Assembly (NCBI GenBank): GCA_964459205.1
Contig: CAYWKJ010000002.1
Span: 235-64,234, forward strand
Direction: 5' to 3'
Length of the DNA: 64,000 nucleotides
From: an uncultured Candidatus Peribacteria bacterium
GTDB taxonomy: Bacteria > Patescibacteriota > Gracilibacteria > UBA1369 > UBA12473
The stretch's first letter is position 1; the number at the start of each line of letters is the position of its first letter. Under the pieces are notes generated by a model. That model had not been told where the DNA came from and searched no databases. It saw nothing but the letters and a program-made list of their open reading frames with translations. This document shows, in pieces, positions 58,133 through 64,000 of the stretch. The translations under genes were made by a program, and so were the position numbers.

Positions 58133-58578
58133 TGAAAAAGAAAGTAATGGCCTTCGGCACCTTTGACTATTTGCACGCTGGGCACGAGAATTATCTCAAA
58201 AAAGCGGCTGCTTTAGGCGAACAATTAATCGTGGTAATTGCCCGCGATCGTACTGCCGAAAGCATCCGCGGAACCTGTCCAGATCACTCCGAACGCCAAC
58301 GCCTAAACCGCATCAAAGCACTCCCTTACGTAACAAAAGCCGTCCTCGGCGACTTAAATGACAAATACAAAGTTCTCAAAAAACACAAACCAGATGTGAT
58401 TGTCCTTGGTTATGACCAATTTGTATTCACTCAACAGCTTTCTAAGGTACTTATCACCTTAAAATCCGCGGCCGAAATCGTTCGTTTAAAACCGTACAAA
58501 CCAGAAATGTACAAAAGCTCCATCATCCGCGAAACCTCCCTTAAATGTCCTTCAAAACCTCTACAAGTCGTAGCCTAA
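58132..58578 (+). CDS. Cytidylyltransferase-fold nucleotidyltransferase, RibL-like (candidate archaeal-type FMN adenylyltransferase)
   Basis: GTFDYLHAGH (HxGH) motif, LIVVIARD and DVIVLGYDQ; 148 aa. It lacks the RTxGISTT motif of TagD/CCT-type cytidylyltransferases. The layout matches my recollection of archaeal RibL. Confidence 0.65.
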   Translation: MKKKVMAFGTFDYLHAGHENYLKKAAALGEQLIVVIARDRTAESIRGTCPDHSERQRLNRIKALPYVTKAVLGDLNDKYKVLKKHKPDVIVLGYDQFVFTQQLSKVLITLKSAAEIVRLKPYKPEMYKSSIIRETSLKCPSKPLQVVA

Positions 58579-59453
58579 AAATGGCTCTCTCTAATTTATG
58601 GCGCAATAAACTCTTAAGTAGTGCCACCATTATTGTAATGGGACTAATTTTATTTATTTTTAATGTGATTTTTACAGTTAATGTTCTGGCCAATCAAGCT
58701 ATTAACGAACTCGAAGCCAAGGTTGATATGATTTTCTACCTCCAGGAAACAGCAGATTCCATTCTTATAAACCAATTAGTCCAAGAACTTGAATCTCTCC
58801 CCGAAACCGCCACTGTAACCTACATTTCCAAAGAAGAAGCCTTAAATAATTTACTAGAAAAATACGAAGAAACCGGCGAAGACAACCCTTTTGACACCTA
58901 TGATTTAGAAAACCCACTCCCCGCCAGCGTACATGTTATTACCGAAGACGCGGCTGATCACGAAACCATTATGAACTTTTTGATGCAAACCCAATACGAC
59001 ACCGTGCTCCTCGACATTGAAAGTAATGAAGAAAACCGCCAAATCGTCCAAAACCTTATCCATATCACTACTTTTACTCACAAACTATTACTGGGCATTA
59101 TCATTACTTTTTTAATAGGTAGTGCCATGATTATTGCCAATGCCATTCACATCACTATTTGGGGCCGCAAAAAAGAACTCAACATCATGAAATTAGTTGG
59201 GGCTTCACCTGGATTTATCAAAGCTCCATTCCTAATGGAAGGGGCTCTTTATGGTCTTTTCTCTTCACTAATCGGAGTTTTGCTTTTAGCTGGCTTTATT
59301 CACACTCTAGAACTAGAAACTTTTAGTTACTTAGACTTAAACATCCACTATTTCTCATTGTTTTTGATTCAAGCCCTAATTTGTATCTTAATGGGCATGA
59401 CTGCTAGCTTTTTAGCAACGCATTACTACCTTAAACATCACGCAAAAGTATGA
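58545..59453 (+). CDS. ftsX: Cell-division ABC transporter permease FtsX
   Basis: N-terminus ...SLKMALSNLWRNKLLSSATIIVM, an extracytoplasmic domain and three C-terminal TM helices. ATG 58545 is preceded by ACCTCC (58534-58539) and gives an FtsX-like N-terminus. An alternative ATG lies at 58581. No ftsE is adjacent. Confidence 0.85.
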   Translation: MSFKTSTSRSLKMALSNLWRNKLLSSATIIVMGLILFIFNVIFTVNVLANQAINELEAKVDMIFYLQETADSILINQLVQELESLPETATVTYISKEEALNNLLEKYEETGEDNPFDTYDLENPLPASVHVITEDAADHETIMNFLMQTQYDTVLLDIESNEENRQIVQNLIHITTFTHKLLLGIIITFLIGSAMIIANAIHITIWGRKKELNIMKLVGASPGFIKAPFLMEGALYGLFSSLIGVLLLAGFIHTLELETFSYLDLNIHYFSLFLIQALICILMGMTASFLATHYYLKHHAKV

Positions 59454-60202
59454 ACCCGCGCTCTTTTACGATAAGTGGTATCGTTATTAGAATATCTGAT
59501 TTAGGGGAATCTGATCGATTTGTAACTTTACTAACTCCAGACCGTGGCAAAATCACCACCATTGGGAAAAATCTCCGAACCTTAAAAAGTCGCCGCAACA
59601 CCCAATTAGAATTAATGAACCGCGTTCAGGCAAAACTCTGGCGCAGCCGTAACCATCACTATTTAAGCGAATGCAAACTAGAAGAAAGATTTAATGAACT
59701 CAAAAAAAATCTCGCCAGCTCAACTTCCGCCGCTTTTATCATCGAGGCCACAGAACGCTTAACCGCCGAAGAACACCATATCCCCCATCTTTATGACTTA
59801 CTTGAACAAACCCTCTCACTCATTGACTTTTACCCCAAAAAGCACGAATTATTGCGCGAAGCCTATCTTATCAAGTTACTTAACTTAGTAGGTAGCATCA
59901 GTAGTTTCCGAGCCTGTGCCGAATGCAAAAAACCACTCCCCCAGGAAGATGCCTTCCTAGACGAAGACCATTCTACGATTCACTGCATAACTTGCAGCGA
60001 CAAAACCGCCAGCTACTTACGCCGCATTCCACTTGAAACTCTTAAACTCATGCATTTTTTACTATCCCACCCTATCCCGGCCGCTCTCAAACTAAAAATT
60101 ACCAAAGAACACATAAACATCATCGACGAATTTGGACGCACTTTCCTAAAAAAAGACCTGCACTATCCACTTAAGTCAGAGGCGTTTTTAAACACTTATT
60201 AA
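59450..60202 (+). CDS. recO: DNA repair protein RecO
   Basis: N-terminal OB fold GIVIRISDLGESDRFVTLLTPDRGKI and a zinc finger CAECKK...HCITCSD; 250 aa. Confidence 0.85.
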   Translation: MNPRSFTISGIVIRISDLGESDRFVTLLTPDRGKITTIGKNLRTLKSRRNTQLELMNRVQAKLWRSRNHHYLSECKLEERFNELKKNLASSTSAAFIIEATERLTAEEHHIPHLYDLLEQTLSLIDFYPKKHELLREAYLIKLLNLVGSISSFRACAECKKPLPQEDAFLDEDHSTIHCITCSDKTASYLRRIPLETLKLMHFLLSHPIPAALKLKITKEHINIIDEFGRTFLKKDLHYPLKSEAFLNTY

Positions 60203-62274
60203 TTAGGGCCATATAACTTAACAGAGCAATGCCCATTTTTTCGACAACAAATAAAATACGGACCACGATTATCAACTCCATACCCAATATAATCTTGTGG
60301 TTTTAATCCTCCCCCAGTGCTACTCAAAAATACATTAATTTGATCTTCATAAGGCTCTTTTGCGGGTAACTCATCAAACCCTATACCCAATTTATTTGCA
60401 TCACGAATTATTTCGCCCAAAGTATCATCAGGCACCACCTCACGAACTTTTTGTAGGGCAAATTTCTCTCGTAAGTAAGTTTGCTTTGCTTCGGTTGTAT
60501 CCAACTCACTCCATTCTGAACTTTCGGGAGCTGGGTCTATCGGAGTTGGGCTAATAGTTGGCATTACATCCTGTGGAGGTGGAGTATCAAGTGGGTCCCC
60601 ATTATCACCCTCCATTAAAACTGTCTCACAATGACGATCTCGACAAAAAACCAAACGCCAAGTACCATTATTTTCCATCAAACCAATCTGATCAGTAGTG
60701 AGAATCACTGGCCAAGCCGGGTAATTACTCTCAATATGAGTTTTTAAGGCTTTTTTAAATTTATCAACCTGCGGGCCAGTTCGCAAAGGATGCCGAGTCG
60801 AAACATTATCAGCATAGGCATTTTCTACTGCGTACTGATAATCCCGATCTGCTCCAGAATTACGGCTCGGCCGATGAAATCCTATACCCTCATAACAACA
60901 ACCCAATTCCTCAACCGCAAAAGTTAAATAAAATGGCTGCACAACCTGCTCATAAAGCTCCCCTTCACCAGAATCCAAACCACTATACGCACGATCAAAA
61001 TGCCGATCTAAACGAGCCCGATAATCACTAGTGGCTCTAGGCCCACAATAGAGTCGACCAAAAGCCGTATGGTCCCAAGTCCCATCACTAGGCAACACAT
61101 CTTCTAAATGACCTAATACCATCACGGGATTATAATCCACTCGCAACTTAGGAGAATATTTAGGAGAATCTTGCTCAGCTTTAGAATTATAAAACACCAC
61201 GTAAGCACCTTCATCATCATATCCAACCCCAACCCCATCTTCAGGCTGCAACTTACCGGTAGATCTCTTAATATGCTTAACATAGGCCTCCAACTTAGCC
61301 ACAAAAGGAGGATAATTTATAATGGCATTACTTGCGTCAGCTTTTTCAATAGCACTTGAAAGATTTCCGCCAACTCCCAATGAAACAAATTCAAAATTAT
61401 CTGATGGAGCAGCAGGCACAGCCTCCTCTTCGTCATCCTCTAAAAAAGGCTGCGCACAGATTTCACCCTCATATTGCAAAAGCGCCTTCTCCATCAAAAA
61501 AGCCAAAAATAACTTACAAGCATTATAATGATCATAAGTTTGCCCCTCACTCATATCTAAATTTCGTCTTGCTCTAAGACCAGCTCCTTCCATCAAAACA
61601 TGAAAACAAGAATAAGAAAAACAGTCATATTCAGGTTCATAACGATGAAAAAAATCTCGTCCAATTGGGTGCTCTCCAGACTCAGCCCGAGCCACAGCCA
61701 CCATCATGGCTAAAAGATCATCCTCAGTCATCATATTCATAAACTCCGTCATATAAAGTCCATAATACTCATGACTTTGCATATCATGCATTGCCGCGCG
61801 CGCGTATTCATTAATAAAATCAATATCACTAACTTGCCTTTCTTGCGGAGAAACTGGCACTGGCAACATCATATCGCTTGGTAATGGATCAGGTACATTA
61901 TTAAAAGGATTCACCCCCAAACGATAAAATTCCTGCAAATGAATAAAATCCCTTGCCTCAGAATGACCAGAAGACGCCAAACCCATTAATTTTTGCATTA
62001 TTTCCTCATGTGTCTCACCGATTTTACCCTTATAAAAATAAACTCCAGGCACATGTTCAACAAGCTCTACACCATCTATAATTAATTCCGAACTCTCATC
62101 AAGTTCCCCATTATAAACAGGCTGCATATTAGCAACATCTTGGACTACCTCTCTTAAGGCCCCAGATCCCCTTTCATGTATAATCTCCCCCCAATCTTGC
62201 TCCTCTCTTGCACAACTAAAGCCCTCAAATTCTGGACATTCTTGAAAAACCAATCTATTAGGATAAAAAACCAT
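60199..62274 (-). CDS. Orphan 691-aa cytoplasmic-looking protein with three copies of a ~65-aa module
   Basis: A long ORF with no signal peptide or TM segment. The repeated module ends are ...KLQPEDGVGVGYDDEGAYVVFYNSK, ...ILTTDQIGLMENNGTWRLVFCRDRHCETVLMEG and ...LKPQDYIGYGVDNRGPYFICCRKNGHCSVKLYGPN. Confidence 0.75.
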   Translation of the reverse strand: MVFYPNRLVFQECPEFEGFSCAREEQDWGEIIHERGSGALREVVQDVANMQPVYNGELDESSELIIDGVELVEHVPGVYFYKGKIGETHEEIMQKLMGLASSGHSEARDFIHLQEFYRLGVNPFNNVPDPLPSDMMLPVPVSPQERQVSDIDFINEYARAAMHDMQSHEYYGLYMTEFMNMMTEDDLLAMMVAVARAESGEHPIGRDFFHRYEPEYDCFSYSCFHVLMEGAGLRARRNLDMSEGQTYDHYNACKLFLAFLMEKALLQYEGEICAQPFLEDDEEEAVPAAPSDNFEFVSLGVGGNLSSAIEKADASNAIINYPPFVAKLEAYVKHIKRSTGKLQPEDGVGVGYDDEGAYVVFYNSKAEQDSPKYSPKLRVDYNPVMVLGHLEDVLPSDGTWDHTAFGRLYCGPRATSDYRARLDRHFDRAYSGLDSGEGELYEQVVQPFYLTFAVEELGCCYEGIGFHRPSRNSGADRDYQYAVENAYADNVSTRHPLRTGPQVDKFKKALKTHIESNYPAWPVILTTDQIGLMENNGTWRLVFCRDRHCETVLMEGDNGDPLDTPPPQDVMPTISPTPIDPAPESSEWSELDTTEAKQTYLREKFALQKVREVVPDDTLGEIIRDANKLGIGFDELPAKEPYEDQINVFLSSTGGGLKPQDYIGYGVDNRGPYFICCRKNGHCSVKLYGPN

Positions 62275-62314
62275 ATAAATAATTTATAACTTTATCCTGT
62301 TATTATAACACGGT

Positions 62315-64000
62315 TTATGCCTTTTGTACAGATATAACCCCCTTTATCTTTTCCAATTCACGTAACAAGGTAGTTAGCTTTTCATAACAAGAAACCGAAA
62401 CTATTAAATCACGCACAACATTATTACCTTTTCTAGAAACAAGTGGGAAATCAATTACATCCTTGCCCATGTCAGCTACTACACTTAACACGTCCCGCAA
62501 TAGCCCTACCCGATTATCTGCCTTAATTCGAATCGTAATCGGATACTTCTTTTTCCCATCCTCCGAAGCCCAAGTAGCTTCTAACAAGCGATCTGACTCA
62601 ACTTTTTTAAGCTGAAAACAATTCTTTTTATGGACTCGAATACTGTTACCCCTAGTAACATAACCCACAATACTATGCGGGAAACGTGGCTTACAACAAG
62701 CCGACAAAGTTATTGGCAAATCACTTTCTCCAGTAATCAATACTCTTTCTTGCGGCTCTTCATCCTCTAAAGCAGCATCCTCTAACTCAAACTGCCGCTC
62801 TGGAGCCTCTGCCATAATCTCCTTTTCCGAAAACAAATTCCTAATCAAGCCTCCCACATGCATTGAACCATTCCCAATAAGTTCAATCATATTTTCACGA
62901 TCCGCCATAGAATGCCGCTTCCCACCATAATTCTTTAAAAGTCCACAATTAGGGCCAAGCAATGGTTTGTTTAAACGTTTAAGCTCTTTGTTAATAAGTT
63001 CACGACCTAATTTAATATTCTTTTCACGATCTTGCGTTCTAAACCAAGCTTTAATTCTAGTTCTCGCCTGCGCAGTTTTTACAAACGACAACCAATACCG
63101 ATTCGGGTTTGGGTGCTTACGAGTCAAAACCTCCACCACATCACCGCTCTGCAACTTATGATCAAGACTTACAATATTTCCATTAATTTTAGCCTGATGA
63201 CAACGATTACCAACATCACTATGAATGGCATACGCAAAATCCACTGGAGTTGCTCCTTTAGGCAAATCCTTAACATCACCCTGTGGTGTTAATACAAAAA
63301 TCCGATCCTCAAAAACATTTACGCCCATCATATCTATCTCATTTGGTGCTTGCTGCAAATCCTCCTGTAATTGCTCTAATCCATAAAGCCAATCCACATG
63401 ATGCCTAAACATTTTCAAATTCTCACTTCTCTCAGAAGTGCTTGGAGATAACGCTAATTTCAAATCCTCTATTTCCATCAAGGAGAATCCCCCATCTTTC
63501 AAAAACTTCTCCAAACTTTTATTAAAATTACTATCTTTAGCAAGGGCCTTTTCAAACTGAGATCTTTTCCCTGGAGATTTGTCTAATAATTTATGAAAAC
63601 GCTTTAAAAGTCGTCGCTCATACAAAATATTCTGCAAATCATGACGAGAAAAACTAAGCGCCTCCGGGCTATCTTTGTACCACCAGTGCGACGCAATACC
63701 ATATTCCGCCTCCCGGTTCATACTCTGCGTCCGAATCTGAAGCTCAACTGGTTCATTTTTCAGCACTGCTTTCCCGATCACCGTGGTATGCAAACTACGA
63801 TATCCATTAATTTTAGGCACCGCAATATAATCCTTAAACCGACCAGCCATCGGGGTCCAACTATTATGAATAGCCCCTAAAGTTGTATAGCAATGCCCGA
63901 CAAATTCTTTTCCTTCGCGATGCTGTTCTGGAAGAACAATCCTCATGGCAAAAAGATCATAAATATTATCAATCGAATTTAAATTCTTACGCTTAAGTTT
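62315..64000 (-). CDS. relA: RelA/SpoT-family (p)ppGpp synthetase (synthetase, TGS and ACT regions); N-terminus lies beyond the window
   Basis: The frame stays open upstream of the listed ATG to nt 64000 (...KLKRKNLNSIDNIYDLFAMRIVL). It has YRSLHTTV and ELQIRT synthetase motifs, TGS (IFVLTPQGDVKDLPKGATPVDFAYAIHSDVGNRC) and a C-terminal ACT-like domain. Confidence 0.9.
   Translation of the reverse strand, partial: KLKRKNLNSIDNIYDLFAMRIVLPEQHREGKEFVGHCYTTLGAIHNSWTPMAGRFKDYIAVPKINGYRSLHTTVIGKAVLKNEPVELQIRTQSMNREAEYGIASHWWYKDSPEALSFSRHDLQNILYERRLLKRFHKLLDKSPGKRSQFEKALAKDSNFNKSLEKFLKDGGFSLMEIEDLKLALSPSTSERSENLKMFRHHVDWLYGLEQLQEDLQQAPNEIDMMGVNVFEDRIFVLTPQGDVKDLPKGATPVDFAYAIHSDVGNRCHQAKINGNIVSLDHKLQSGDVVEVLTRKHPNPNRYWLSFVKTAQARTRIKAWFRTQDREKNIKLGRELINKELKRLNKPLLGPNCGLLKNYGGKRHSMADRENMIELIGNGSMHVGGLIRNLFSEKEIMAEAPERQFELEDAALEDEEPQERVLITGESDLPITLSACCKPRFPHSIVGYVTRGNSIRVHKKNCFQLKKVESDRLLEATWASEDGKKKYPITIRIKADNRVGLLRDVLSVVADMGKDVIDFPLVSRKGNNVVRDLIVSVSCYEKLTTLLRELEKIKGVISVQKA

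Noticed and set aside
61500-61750. Lytic-transglycosylase (SLT)-like motifs in the 691-aa orphan (AESGEHP ... FHVLME ... DHYNAC)
   Set aside because: The spacing between the ES, GLMQ-like and AYNAG-like elements does not fit the GH23 fold, and the protein has no export signal. This is probably coincidence.

Overview
The window is 64 kb and gene-dense on both strands. I call about 47 CDS and one tRNA. I saw no rRNA, CRISPR array, transposase, integrase or phage genes.

About two thirds is ordinary housekeeping:
- glmS (5' end cut by the window edge), pyk, ruvC, gpmI, a manC-like gene plus a separate cupin, and fused secDF
- tRNA-Arg(UCG), priA, trpS, pyrG, lgt, greA, the dnaG-rpoD pair, asnS and truB
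- murE, a stand-alone riboflavin kinase, tpiA, holA, gatC-gatA, ftsX and recO
- a RelA/SpoT-family gene that runs off the 3' edge

The rest (over 20 kb) is large or orphan ORFs with little recognisable homology:
- A three-gene acidic module at 1343-8130. Its middle protein has a transglutaminase-like Cys-His-Asp core.
- Two co-transcribed SLH-anchored surface proteins at 19277-25354: an HExxH protease with FN3, and a 5x CARDB protein.
- Two adjacent giant genes at 43441-54954 (1838 aa and 1983 aa).
- A 691-aa orphan at 60199-62274.

Several traits fit an uncultivated small-genome monoderm of the CPR/Patescibacteria (Peregrinibacteria-like) type. These are the standard genetic code, tiny intergenic gaps, ATGA/TAATG start-stop overlaps, an archaeal-type TIM, a RibL-like enzyme, type IV pilus parts and SLH proteins. 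This lineage call is inference only.

The signals I consider most worth follow-up are:
1. An exact CCTCC motif (anti-SD sense, not SD sense) lies 1-6 nt upstream of at least eight start codons. I saw no GGAGG-type RBS.
2. SecDF carries a tandem parvulin PPIase insertion.
3. The acidic module with the transglutaminase-like protein.
4. The giant gene pair, one with nine Cys-containing ~105-aa repeats.
5. A ~26-bp long-range helix lies inside an orphan ORF next to the tRNA.

I have no evidence for a defined defence or mobile system here. All homology statements come from motif recognition by eye, not from searches.
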